64,000 nucleotides of DNA from a virus: the IMG/VR virus record IMGVR_UViG_3300044698_000419, positions 1 to 64,000 of that record. One strand, 5' to 3'. Positions 9,668 to 18,052 of this stretch are shown piece by piece. Each line of letters begins with the position of its first letter. Position 1 is the first letter of the stretch. The position numbers and the translations under genes were made by a program. The notes below the pieces were generated by a model, which worked only from the letters and a program-made list of their open reading frames with translations, was not told the origin of the DNA and made no database searches.

Positions 9668-9924
9668 AGCAGGATCACCTTGTCGCGGGCGGCCCACTTG
9701 ATCAGGCCCAGGGTCTCCAGCTCGTCGAGGTCGGCAGATGCGTGCGACATGGAGACGACCTTGTCGGACCCGCAGGCCAGCGCGGTCAGCAGAACCAGGG
9801 CCTGCACGGCGCCGGGGCTGGCCCGGTGGTAGGCGACGGCCATGACGAAGCGCTCGACGGTGGCCGTGGTCCCCTCTTCGGGGTTCTCGAAGAGGGCTTC
9901 GACGATAGCTACGGTGGGTTGCAT
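9664..9924 (-). CDS. Hypothetical protein
   Basis: Strong RBS GAAGGAGAAGG. Confidence 0.65.
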   Translation of the reverse strand: MQPTVAIVEALFENPEEGTTATVERFVMAVAYHRASPGAVQALVLLTALACGSDKVVSMSHASADLDELETLGLIKWAARDKVILL

Positions 9925-10036
9925 AGTGTCCTTCTCCTTCCGGAAAGCCGCGACCTCTTCGCGGCTACTGGGGAAAGCCTCGCAGGAATTCGCGAGGCCG
10001 AGTGTCCAGGACTGGTCACTACGGAGGTGATGCCCG

Positions 10037-10234
10037 TCACTTCCGGGGCGCGGCCAGGCCGGGGTTCTCGAAGGTCCGGTCGCTGTCCAGGTAGGACTTC
10101 CACGGCTGGTTGTACGAGTGCCCCAGCCCGGAGCGGCAGGTGTACTTCGAGGTGGGATTCATGGGCTTCGACCGGAGCTTCAACCGGCAGCCGCAAGTCA
10201 GGGTGACCTGGATCATCCGGTCGAACTCACTCAT
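10037..10234 (-). CDS. Small putative Zn-binding protein
   Basis: LxCGC...C-x-SGxGHxY motif, paralog of neighbour. Confidence 0.65.
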   Translation of the reverse strand: MSEFDRMIQVTLTCGCRLKLRSKPMNPTSKYTCRSGLGHSYNQPWKSYLDSDRTFENPGLAAPRK

Positions 10235-10439
10235 TCTCCTGCGCCCCTTCGAGCTTGCGGTTCGAACCGCTGCGGCCCTCGAACTCCCACGTCTTCCACG
10301 CCTGACCCCTGTAGCCGTGCCCCATCCCCGATTCGCAGATGAAGGTCTGGCCGTCCGACACCGGCACGTCGCGCCGGTTGATCGAGCAGCCGCACGCCAG
10401 CCGGATCCGTGCCGTCTTGAAGGAAGTCTTCTTCTTCAC
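10227..10439 (-). CDS. Small putative Zn-binding protein
   Basis: LACGC...CESGMGHGY; GTGA overlap start. Confidence 0.65.
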   Translation of the reverse strand: MKKKTSFKTARIRLACGCSINRRDVPVSDGQTFICESGMGHGYRGQAWKTWEFEGRSGSNRKLEGAQENE

Positions 10440-10873
10440 GGGCGGAACTCCAGCTTCAGCAGGTCGGCGGCCGGGAGGAACGCGTCGTTGCCCGCGTCGG
10501 CGATCCGTCCGTACACCCCGGGCTCGACAAGGGCCAGCCACACGCATCCGTTCTGCTCGGCCACCTCGTGCCACGGCTTGTCGACCTCGCCCCAGAAGGT
10601 CTCGAAGCGAAGCCCCATGAAGGAGTCGCCGCTGCCCTCGACGGTGATGACGACGCCGGTCTTCGAGATCACACAGTCCCCGACGGTGCCCAGATCCCAG
10701 GCCAGGCCCTCTTCGAGACTGACCACGGGTGCCTCGTGGATCTGGAAGACCCGCTGGAGCGCGGTGCGGATCTCGTCGTCGCTGGAGCTGATCAGCAGGA
10801 GCGCCGCGCTCCTGTCTCCGTAGTCACGCAAGGCGTTCATGACGCTGGCACTGTTGCTTTTCTGCACTCTCAT
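10436..10873 (-). CDS. Hypothetical protein
   Basis: ATG behind purine-rich leader. Confidence 0.65.
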   Translation of the reverse strand: MRVQKSNSASVMNALRDYGDRSAALLLISSSDDEIRTALQRVFQIHEAPVVSLEEGLAWDLGTVGDCVISKTGVVITVEGSGDSFMGLRFETFWGEVDKPWHEVAEQNGCVWLALVEPGVYGRIADAGNDAFLPAADLLKLEFRP

Positions 10874-10935
10874 CCTCGTTCTTCTCTCTTTCCCGTGAGG
10901 CCGAATTCGGCCTCTCTTTCTGTTCTCTGTGAATC

Positions 10936-11538
10936 TCAGGGATAAGGCTCTTCTTCTTTCGGCATCACGAAGCGCGCGAAAAGGCCGCCGTGAGCCCTGT
11001 GCTGAGCCAGCTCCTTGCCGACCAGCCAGCCTCGCTCCGTGAGGCCAAACCGGGCCCACGGCATCAGTAACCACTCGACATGGCCGGTGACCGGCTGATG
11101 CGGAGACGGATCGATCATCGCGTGCCCGTCGGGCCGCAGGTACGAGTTCCCCGTTGAGCTGCGCGGAGGCATCGTGATGGTGACCAGACCCTCGTCGACC
11201 AGGTCCATCAGGGCGTCGGCCTCACAAACGCCCTTCATCACCTCGGCGGCGTCCAGGTGACCTTGGGGCGCGAGGCGCAGGCCGTACTTCCCGGCACAGT
11301 CCTCGCCCCCCGGCGGCGACTTCTTGGCCGCGTAGAGCATCGGCCAGTGGGACCGGGAGATCATCACGTGATCCCAGTCGATACGGCCGCCCTCTTCGCG
11401 GACCACGTACCCCACGTAGGCGAAAAGGGACCAGTGATCCTTGCCCCATCTGACATGGGGAATTCTGGAGCGACTGCTGCGATCACGCCATTCAGGCGCC
11501 TCCCCCAGAATTTCTTCCATCGGCCTGCGGTATCGCAT
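10936..11538 (-). CDS. Hypothetical protein
   Basis: ATG behind AAAGGGG. Confidence 0.6.
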   Translation of the reverse strand: MRYRRPMEEILGEAPEWRDRSSRSRIPHVRWGKDHWSLFAYVGYVVREEGGRIDWDHVMISRSHWPMLYAAKKSPPGGEDCAGKYGLRLAPQGHLDAAEVMKGVCEADALMDLVDEGLVTITMPPRSSTGNSYLRPDGHAMIDPSPHQPVTGHVEWLLMPWARFGLTERGWLVGKELAQHRAHGGLFARFVMPKEEEPYP

Positions 11539-11549
11539 CGCCACCCCTT

Positions 11550-12083
11550 TCACGGGAGCTGGCTGTCGATCAGCCGGGCTATTTCCACCAGGTGACCGAA
11601 AATGAAACAGGTGAAGTCGTCGCACGTCTTGCGGTTGTGGTCCTGGATCAGCTCGGAATAGTCCTTGTCCATGGCAGCGATATCTTTCAGCGCCCGGGAA
11701 ATGACTTTGACCACCTCGGGCCCGAAAAGCGCGGCCATATCGCCGGTCGCCCCGCCCATGCCGTTGACCATGCCGTCGCGGTAGGCGAAAGCCGGGTCGT
11801 AGCAGCGGTAGTAGTCGCCGTTGCGCACGTCGAACGCCACGGCCTCGGCGTGCGCGGCCAGCATCAGGGAGACGCGCTTCGCCGCCCGTGCCACCTCGCT
11901 CATGTTGTCGGCGAAGACCGGTTCATGGTGGTCCGATTCATGGATGAACATCTCCGTGTCGGCCTCGGCCATGCCGACCGTCCGCTGGCCGAAGTTCTTC
12001 ACGATGTGGCGGGTGCCGCCCGCGCCGCAGTCGCGGCACAGGAGCAGCGAGCCCGCCATCTCGTAGCGTTCGAAGTCAGTCAC
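11550..12083 (-). CDS. Hypothetical protein
   Basis: Operon-coupled; CxxC near N-terminus. Confidence 0.6.
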   Translation of the reverse strand: MTDFERYEMAGSLLLCRDCGAGGTRHIVKNFGQRTVGMAEADTEMFIHESDHHEPVFADNMSEVARAAKRVSLMLAAHAEAVAFDVRNGDYYRCYDPAFAYRDGMVNGMGGATGDMAALFGPEVVKVISRALKDIAAMDKDYSELIQDHNRKTCDDFTCFIFGHLVEIARLIDSQLP

Positions 12084-12483
12084 AGTCCTCGGCCTTCTCG
12101 GGGAGCCGGACGACGACCTCGTGGAGGGTGTAGTCGGGCTCGCCTCCGCCGGAGTAGATCCGGCGCGAGGTCCAGTCCGAGACGAGGAAGGTGGCGCCGT
12201 CGCCCCCCAGGGTGATCTCCTCGTCGATGATGAAAGCGATGGGAATGCCTTCGCCCTCCATGTAGTGCACGAGGATCGGCATCCGGTACGGCGTGCCGTC
12301 CGGGCACTTGATCTCGTACTGGTACTCGATCTCGTCCTGGCCGTGGTCGTCCTCGGTTCCGCCGGGCTCGCCCCGGTAGCCGAACATGTCGTGCAGCTCG
12401 GCAGGGATCTGATCGCTGATCCACTTCGCGCGGTGCACCGGGAAGCGCCCGACACCCACGGCCTTGACCTCTCGGCCGGTCAT
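12076..12483 (-). CDS. Hypothetical protein
   Basis: ATG behind AAGGAG; TGATG coupling. Confidence 0.65.
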   Translation of the reverse strand: MTGREVKAVGVGRFPVHRAKWISDQIPAELHDMFGYRGEPGGTEDDHGQDEIEYQYEIKCPDGTPYRMPILVHYMEGEGIPIAFIIDEEITLGGDGATFLVSDWTSRRIYSGGGEPDYTLHEVVVRLPEKAEDCD

Positions 12484-12830
12484 CACTTCTCCTTTTCCCG
12501 ATGGGCCGAACAGTGGTGCTTGCATCCCTCGCAGGTGCAGCGGCAGATGTTCGGCTCCGTCTCGTAGCCGGGGCATCGGCCCTCGGCGATCCGCGCGGCA
12601 GCCTCGCCCCAGTAGCACAGGTCGTGCCATTCGCGGCGGACGATGGCGTTGCCCATGGCGCCCTGCATACCAAAGTCCGTAGGTTCGGACGAATGCCCGT
12701 CTTGCGGATTCACCGGCTCACGTGCTCTGTCGATCCTGAGTGCGTCCTGCCGAATTTTCTCGTAGATGTCACAGCAGACCAGCTCGGCCCGGATGCGGAG
12801 TGCCACTTGGTCCTGGACGTTGCCGGTCAC
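12483..12830 (-). CDS. Hypothetical Cys-rich protein
   Basis: C-terminal CRCTCEGCKHHC. Confidence 0.55.
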   Translation of the reverse strand: MTGNVQDQVALRIRAELVCCDIYEKIRQDALRIDRAREPVNPQDGHSSEPTDFGMQGAMGNAIVRREWHDLCYWGEAAARIAEGRCPGYETEPNICRCTCEGCKHHCSAHREKEK

Positions 12831-13357
12831 CGTTTTCCGCTCCTCGCCTTTGATGTCTTTCCGCTGTACCAGGGAAGCGCCAAACCGTCGTTCTCCTGCC
12901 TGGGAACCAGGTGGAGATGAAGATGGAAAATGCTCTGGGTAGCGGCCTTGCCCCGACTCGTGATGATGTTCATCGGCCGGTCCGTGAAGCGCATCAACTC
13001 AGCGGCACGCCGGGCGGTGGCGGCGAAGACCTCGGGGTCCTGTCCGAAGTCCTTCACGTGCACTTTCGGGACGATCAGGCAGTGCCCCTCGGTGACCGGA
13101 TCGAGGGGGATGAACGCGACCGCGTCGTGCCAGGTGTCGGGCATCAGGATCCACTCGACTTCGCTGCGGCCTGCGATGATCTCGCAGAACACGCAGGGTT
13201 CCGGAAGGATCTGGTCCTCGCAGCCCCGGCACCACACGAGCGGCGGAAGCTCCTCCGCGTAGACCGGATGGCGCTGGAGCCTGGCGACGTTCGAGCACTG
13301 CGGATGCACGTAGGAGCCGAGGACGATGTACGCCACCGGTTCGCGTTCGCTCACCAT
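12827..13357 (-). CDS. HIT (histidine triad) family nucleotide hydrolase
   Basis: CVFCEI, GHCLIVPKVH, QSIFHLHLHLVPR. Confidence 0.9.
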   Translation of the reverse strand: MVSEREPVAYIVLGSYVHPQCSNVARLQRHPVYAEELPPLVWCRGCEDQILPEPCVFCEIIAGRSEVEWILMPDTWHDAVAFIPLDPVTEGHCLIVPKVHVKDFGQDPEVFAATARRAAELMRFTDRPMNIITSRGKAATQSIFHLHLHLVPRQENDGLALPWYSGKTSKARSGKR

Positions 13358-13551
13358 GGGACGCCCCACCATCCGAAGAGAAGTCCGGCGCCCCACACCA
13401 CGCCGCCCGTGACGACACCGAAGACGAAGAGTACGAGGGCGATGCCCGCGAGACAGGAGGAATTCGCGTCGTCACTGTGGGCAGCTTTCAGCCAGAAAGC
13501 CACGACGATAAGACCCAGGATCAACGAGTTGAGAAGGGTCAGCCAGTCCAT
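13351..13551 (-). CDS. Small two-TM membrane protein
   Basis: Two hydrophobic helices. Confidence 0.55.
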   Translation of the reverse strand: MDWLTLLNSLILGLIVVAFWLKAAHSDDANSSCLAGIALVLFVFGVVTGGVVWGAGLLFGWWGVPW

Positions 13552-13880
13552 CCCGTGCTCACCACCTTCAGCATCCGGCGTCCAGCGCGCTCGGGGTCGT
13601 CGGCTTCCTGGACCTCGTACGTGCAGTTGCGCAGGACCGTGGTGTAGGCGGCCAGCATCTCCGGCTCGCGGTCCTTGGATCCTTCGAACGTCACCCGGAT
13701 CTCGCCGTCGGCCTCGCGGGCGGTGTAGCCGCCCTGCCGCAGCGATTCGGGCATCCGGCTGTTCGGCTCCTCGTGCATCCGGCGCATCTCTTCGATCTTG
13801 AGACTGGCGACCTTCTTCACCGAGTTGAACCCGCCGCTCGCCAGGAAGAACGAGACGCGGTGTGCCTTGAGCTGCGGCAT
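13539..13880 (-). CDS. Hypothetical protein
   Basis: RBS GGAAAGGAAG; downstream of TGGTAGAGT promoter. Confidence 0.65.
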   Translation of the reverse strand: MPQLKAHRVSFFLASGGFNSVKKVASLKIEEMRRMHEEPNSRMPESLRQGGYTAREADGEIRVTFEGSKDREPEMLAAYTTVLRNCTYEVQEADDPERAGRRMLKVVSTGWTG

Positions 13881-13907
13881 GTGGGGGTCTTCCTTTCCGT
13901 GAAAAGC

Positions 13908-13916
13908 ACTCTACCA
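13908..13916 (-). promoter_or_regulatory. Extended -10 element TGGTAGAGT
   Basis: Same motif recurs at 15067 and 15755 upstream of leftward genes. Confidence 0.55.
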
Positions 13917-13960
13917 GAGGATCATTGGGGATCTTTGGCCAAAGGTTCCCTTGGCATATG

Positions 13961-13993
13961 CAGGGGCCCCGGCATGGATCACCGGGGCCCCTG
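13961..13993. terminator. Hairpin terminator
   Basis: CAGGGGCCCCGG...CCGGGGCCCCTG. Confidence 0.65.
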
Positions 13994-14004
13994 CGGACGG
14001 ACGG

Positions 14005-14214
14005 TCAGGCCGGGCGGATGCCCGGCTCCTCGGGAACCTGCACCAGGGCGATGGCCACGAGCGCGTTCACGACGGCCCGCTCACGCTCGCGCCTCGGATC
14101 GAACGGCAAGTCCTTGTGCCGGTCGGCGTCGGCGTTGAGCCGGTCGGCCGCCTCCCTGGCGCGTGCCAGGTACGTGCGGGCCAGCTCGCCACGGTCTTCA
14201 TCGGGGTCGTACAT
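14005..14214 (-). CDS. Hypothetical protein
   Basis: RBS GGAGG. Confidence 0.6.
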   Translation of the reverse strand: MYDPDEDRGELARTYLARAREAADRLNADADRHKDLPFDPRRERERAVVNALVAIALVQVPEEPGIRPA

Positions 14215-14217
14215 GAT

Positions 14218-15021
14218 TCAGACCCTCCGGACCGCGTTCTTGCGGACGTCGACCGAGCCGAAGCCGGTGGCTCCCTGCTCACGGCCGCCGGGGATGAGGG
14301 GCACCTGCGAGGCCCGGGACTGCGCGCCCAGGATGCCCATCAGGTGCGACTCCAGGCCGTTCTCCAGGGCGTACGTCACGTCGTAACCCATGGCGTTGAC
14401 CGCCAGGCCGCCCGAGATCGACCACTCCATGGTGCCGCCGGTCGACAGGTAGCCGAAGAACAGGATGATCGCGGAGCCGTCGGCCTCATCGGACGTGTCG
14501 GTGACCGTGACCAGGTACTCCTTGCCGTCCTGCGAGATCGTGGGGACGGAGGTGACGGTGTCCTTCGTGGACGCCTTGCGCATCGCCGCCAGGCAGGTGG
14601 CCACGCCCTTGGGCAGGTACTGCTCGTCGACCGGCTTCGACTCCGGGAGCTTCGCCTTCTTGGCGCCCTTCGGCACGTGGTTCTTGCGGCCGTTGTCGGG
14701 GTCCTTGTAGATCGAGACGTACATGTCCCAGCCGGAGGCCAGCGGCTTCTTCTCGCCGTCGATGTAGAGCTTCGAATCGGCCCACCGCCAGGAGCGGCCG
14801 TCGAGCCGGAACGCGATCGTCATCTTGGTGCGCTCGCCCAGGTGGGTGAGCAGGATCTTGCCGTAGCCGCTGCGCTCCACGCTGGGCTCGACACCGGTCT
14901 CGTCCAGCAGGAAGGCGTAGGGCTCGTGCACTACGTCGGGCATGTCGTCGATGGCGACACTGGTACCCAAGATCTTCTCCATCCGATTCGGTTCGGCGAA
15001 GGCCGAAGCCCGGGATCTCAC
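14218..15021 (-). CDS. Hypothetical protein
   Basis: Strong codon bias; start uncertain (15021 or 14982). Confidence 0.7.
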   Translation of the reverse strand: MRSRASAFAEPNRMEKILGTSVAIDDMPDVVHEPYAFLLDETGVEPSVERSGYGKILLTHLGERTKMTIAFRLDGRSWRWADSKLYIDGEKKPLASGWDMYVSIYKDPDNGRKNHVPKGAKKAKLPESKPVDEQYLPKGVATCLAAMRKASTKDTVTSVPTISQDGKEYLVTVTDTSDEADGSAIILFFGYLSTGGTMEWSISGGLAVNAMGYDVTYALENGLESHLMGILGAQSRASQVPLIPGGREQGATGFGSVDVRKNAVRRV

Positions 15022-15066
15022 GTCTTGCGAAAGCGGGATCCCGGGCTTTCCTTCATCCCCAAGAGT

Positions 15067-15087
15067 ACTCTACCACAAGGAAGTTGA
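15067..15087 (-). repeat. 21-bp promoter-containing direct repeat, copy 1
   Basis: ACTCTACCACAAGGAAGTTGA, 19/21 identical to 15755..15775. Confidence 0.75.
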
Positions 15088-15092
15088 GAATT

Positions 15093-15398
15093 TCAGTCAA
15101 TGTGACGGCCGACGTATTCGACCTCGATGACCTTGACCTCGTCGTCCTGCTCGCCGTACGTCCACAGGATCCGTTCGCCGCCCGGTCCGATCCGGACGTA
15201 GGAGATCCACAGGTCGTCGCGATTGCCGAAGCGCGGCTCCGGCTTCATGCGGTGTGTGTGCAGCGATGGGTACGACGGATCATCCGCGAGCTGTGTGAGG
15301 GCTTTCTCCACCTGCTTCAGCTTCCCCCGGTCGCCGGACTTGCGGATCTTCGCAATGCCCTTCTTGGCGCCGGGGGTGATGTTCAGCTCGAAGTTCAC
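15093..15398 (-). CDS. RelE/ParE-superfamily toxin
   Basis: About 100 aa; K.EKALTQLADDPSYPSLHTH, RILWTYG, VGRH; GTGA-coupled to an AbrB-like gene. Confidence 0.7.
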   Translation of the reverse strand: MNFELNITPGAKKGIAKIRKSGDRGKLKQVEKALTQLADDPSYPSLHTHRMKPEPRFGNRDDLWISYVRIGPGGERILWTYGEQDDEVKVIEVEYVGRHID

Positions 15399-15712
15399 GC
15401 AGCACCACTCCAGATCAGGTCGTGCAGGGCCTGCGCGGTACGGATCCTGGTACCCCCGATGCCACGGGCCCGCATGTTCTCCTGGACCGCCGAGGCCGCC
15501 TCGATGGCGCCCCGCCTGCCGAACGCCTCCTCGGGGGAGAGCACCGGCCTCACCGGCATCAGCGCCTCGAACTCGCGCTTGCTCAGCACCACCGAGGGGG
15601 TCAGCGTGACTACCCCGTCGCCGTCCACGTCGACCGCGTACTGCGTGTCCCTCAGCACCTTGCGGCCGAGGGTGATGCGGCCCTGCGCGTCCGGCGACAT
15701 CAGGATGACCAT
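15395..15712 (-). CDS. AbrB/MazE-like antitoxin
   Basis: DAQGRITLG..Y.V.VDGDGVVTLTP swapped-hairpin pattern; upstream of toxin. Confidence 0.7.
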   Translation of the reverse strand: MVILMSPDAQGRITLGRKVLRDTQYAVDVDGDGVVTLTPSVVLSKREFEALMPVRPVLSPEEAFGRRGAIEAASAVQENMRARGIGGTRIRTAQALHDLIWSGAA

Positions 15713-15754
15713 GGTCTCCCCTTCCCATCCCGTCGGGTCTTGCTCACGAATATG

Positions 15755-15775
15755 ACTCTACCACAGGGATGTTGA
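15755..15775 (-). repeat. 21-bp promoter-containing direct repeat, copy 2
   Basis: ACTCTACCACAGGGATGTTGA. Confidence 0.75.
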
Positions 15776-15790
15776 CGGCATAGGCCATTC

Positions 15791-16159
15791 TCATCCCGTG
15801 ACGATGCAGCTTGAGAACGGGTTGTCCGGCAAGCTCAGTTCCACCGCGAAGGCCCGGTCCAGAGCCGCCTTCAACTTGGGCGTCAGCTCCTCGTGCCGCT
15901 TCCAGCGGATCTGCGTCAGGTCCATGCAGTCGTCGCACCAGGTCGGCCGGAGCTTCTGCACGAAGGCTTCGACCAGCTTGGGCGCGAAGCCCTTCGCCTT
16001 GCAGGTCTCGCAGTCGTACTCGAACGGCAGCAGGCTGACCAGCACCCGGTTGTCGTACGTGACGCTCGTATGGACGTACATCAGATCATCGCGGAAACCC
16101 TCGGCGTACAGGTGATCCGTGACCCGGTCCTTGAGCTTCCTCGCGTGCTCCGCGTTCAT
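15791..16159 (-). CDS. Hypothetical protein with two CxxC motifs
   Basis: CETC, CDDC; RBS GGAGAGGAG. Confidence 0.65.
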   Translation of the reverse strand: MNAEHARKLKDRVTDHLYAEGFRDDLMYVHTSVTYDNRVLVSLLPFEYDCETCKAKGFAPKLVEAFVQKLRPTWCDDCMDLTQIRWKRHEELTPKLKAALDRAFAVELSLPDNPFSSCIVTG

Positions 16160-16236
16160 CGTCCGTCTCCTCTCCGATGGGGCGCCGTTGCCCCAAAGGA
16201 GAGGATATCAGCGGACCTTCATGGCCTGGGCCAGAA

Positions 16237-16446
16237 TCATTCATGCAGCCTGGAGTACTGCCGCGCCAGGTAGGAGAGCACCAGCAGCCAGGCCCCCGCC
16301 GACGTGACCACGGGAACCGTGTCGTCGGTGACCGGGATGTCCAGCAGACGGCACGTGACCTCCGGGCCCAGAACGACCAGCAGGCCCACCACCGAGCCGG
16401 TGTTCGCCGCGATCAGGGGTGTCGGGTCCTGTTCGCCGAGATTCAT
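16237..16446 (-). CDS. Small membrane protein
   Basis: RBS AAGGAGG; two hydrophobic segments. Confidence 0.6.
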   Translation of the reverse strand: MNLGEQDPTPLIAANTGSVVGLLVVLGPEVTCRLLDIPVTDDTVPVVTSAGAWLLVLSYLARQYSRLHE

Positions 16447-16465
16447 ACGTTTCCTCCTTTTCGAG

Positions 16466-16597
16466 TCAGGGGTCCTGGGTTTCACGCCGGGCCATCTCGC
16501 CGACCTGCCGCGCGTCGGCCTCACCCCGGGCGATCACGTCCTCCAGCTCCCGCATGGCGTCCTTGACGTCGTGGATCTTCCAGTCGGCCTCGTTCAC
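16466..16597 (-). CDS. Small hypothetical protein
   Basis: GTGA coupling. Confidence 0.45.
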   Translation of the reverse strand: MNEADWKIHDVKDAMRELEDVIARGEADARQVGEMARRETQDP

Positions 16598-16830
16598 CGG
16601 CCCGTCCTGCGCAGATGACGAGCCCCCAGGGCGCGCAGCACCAGAACGCCGCCCACGAGCATGACGTGCGGCGGCGCCCACTCGGGCAGACCGGCCACAC
16701 CCGTCACGATGTCCGGTCCGAGCAGCATCACCGCTCCGGCCGCCCCCAGGGCATCGCTGACGAACAGCTCCTCACCAGGTACCTCGTGGGACTTCGTCAG
16801 GACCGCGTCCTGCACATCTTCCGTAGCCAT
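16594..16830 (-). CDS. Small membrane protein
   Basis: RBS GGAAGGTGG; hydrophobic. Confidence 0.55.
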   Translation of the reverse strand: MATEDVQDAVLTKSHEVPGEELFVSDALGAAGAVMLLGPDIVTGVAGLPEWAPPHVMLVGGVLVLRALGARHLRRTGR

Positions 16831-16859
16831 GAAGCCACCTTCCTTTCCGATTCCCTCAA

Positions 16860-17570
16860 CCTTAGCAAACGGCAAGGAAGTTGAACCTCAAGGGCGCCTC
16901 AGAAACCCCACCCTGTCTCTCACGTCTCCCCGAAGGGGCCCAGCGGCCCGCAGAAGGACGACGACGCCAGCCGACGACGCGAGAGACCCGAGCCGGACCC
17001 TGCGGCCCGCAGCGGGGTGCTCAGCCCCGTCGTGGCGGCACCAGGCCCACCGGCCCAAGCCGTCCGACCCGCACCCGCCCACCGGCAGAACCCCCTCCCC
17101 CGAAGCGAAGCGAATCCGTCTCCCTCCCCGCCAGGCAGCGGCGCCGCGCGCGTCAGGACGATGATGATGGTTTTGATTTTCCAGGCATCAGGGTGCGGAC
17201 CGGTGGGCGGAGCCCACTGGGACGTGGCCTGTGGCCTGGAAAATCTGAACCAGAAGAAGAGGACTTCTAACTACTTCTATAGGGCCCGCGATTTCCCCGT
17301 TTCCGCAGGTCAGAGAGTTATGGATCTTGTGCGGAGAGGATAACGTCGTTAACCTCTAGAGGGTAAGGTTATGGCCTACTTTAACCTCTAGAGGTCAAGG
17401 GCATCTTGGGAGAAATGGGGCACCTTGAAGGGTGTCCCGAGAGGGTGTCGTGTCGGAGCCGTTACTTCCCACCCCTTACACGGCGGGAGTAGGGAGGGTA
17501 TGCTTGGCCGGACAAGGGAGCGACCTCTAGCTGCGATGATTCGATCAATCTGTTAGAGTCGCTGTTACGG
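16860..17570. other. Divergent non-coding region, candidate replication origin/control region
   Basis: About 700 bp without a credible CDS at a strand switch; AT-rich patches; two TTAACCTCTAGAGG repeats; upstream of initiator and helicase. Confidence 0.45.
17349..17394. repeat. Two direct copies of TTAACCTCTAGAGG (palindromic core CCTCTAGAGG)
   Basis: 17349..17362 and 17381..17394, 32-bp period. Confidence 0.8.
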
Positions 17571-17576
17571 AGAGGA

Positions 17577-17981
17577 GTGACGGGCATGGGACACGAAGCC
17601 AGCGTCATCGACGGGGCCCTGATGAACGAGTTCGGGGAGTACGCCCGGACCGCGCCGATCCCCCTGTGGGTGGTGGCGAAGCTGCACTCTGAGTTCGAAA
17701 CGCTCGGGCTGTACAGCAGGATCGCCTCGGCCGCAGCGGAGGAGAGCGACACGGTGCTCCGCGTGACGATGAGCAAGGACTGGGGCGACATGCTCTTCCG
17801 CGAGGAGGGCGCGCTGGCCGGGGCGATGAAGCGCCTCATGGAGATCGGCGCCGTCACCAAGGTCGCCGAATACCAGAGCGGTAAGGTCCGCCTCCAGATG
17901 GAGTCGTACCCGCCTGAGATCCGCGAAGAGCTGGACGCTTACCGCCGACCGAACGGCAAGCTCGTGGCCGTCTTCTCCTGA
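17577..17981 (+). CDS. Hypothetical (possible wHTH) protein
   Basis: RBS GAGGAG; codon bias. Confidence 0.65.
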   Translation: MTGMGHEASVIDGALMNEFGEYARTAPIPLWVVAKLHSEFETLGLYSRIASAAAEESDTVLRVTMSKDWGDMLFREEGALAGAMKRLMEIGAVTKVAEYQSGKVRLQMESYPPEIREELDAYRRPNGKLVAVFS

Positions 17982-18052
17982 AAAAGGAGAAGGCCCCAGC
18001 GTGAACTGGGGCCTCGGCAAAGCAAACTGACAGGAAGGGTACTACGGCAGCC

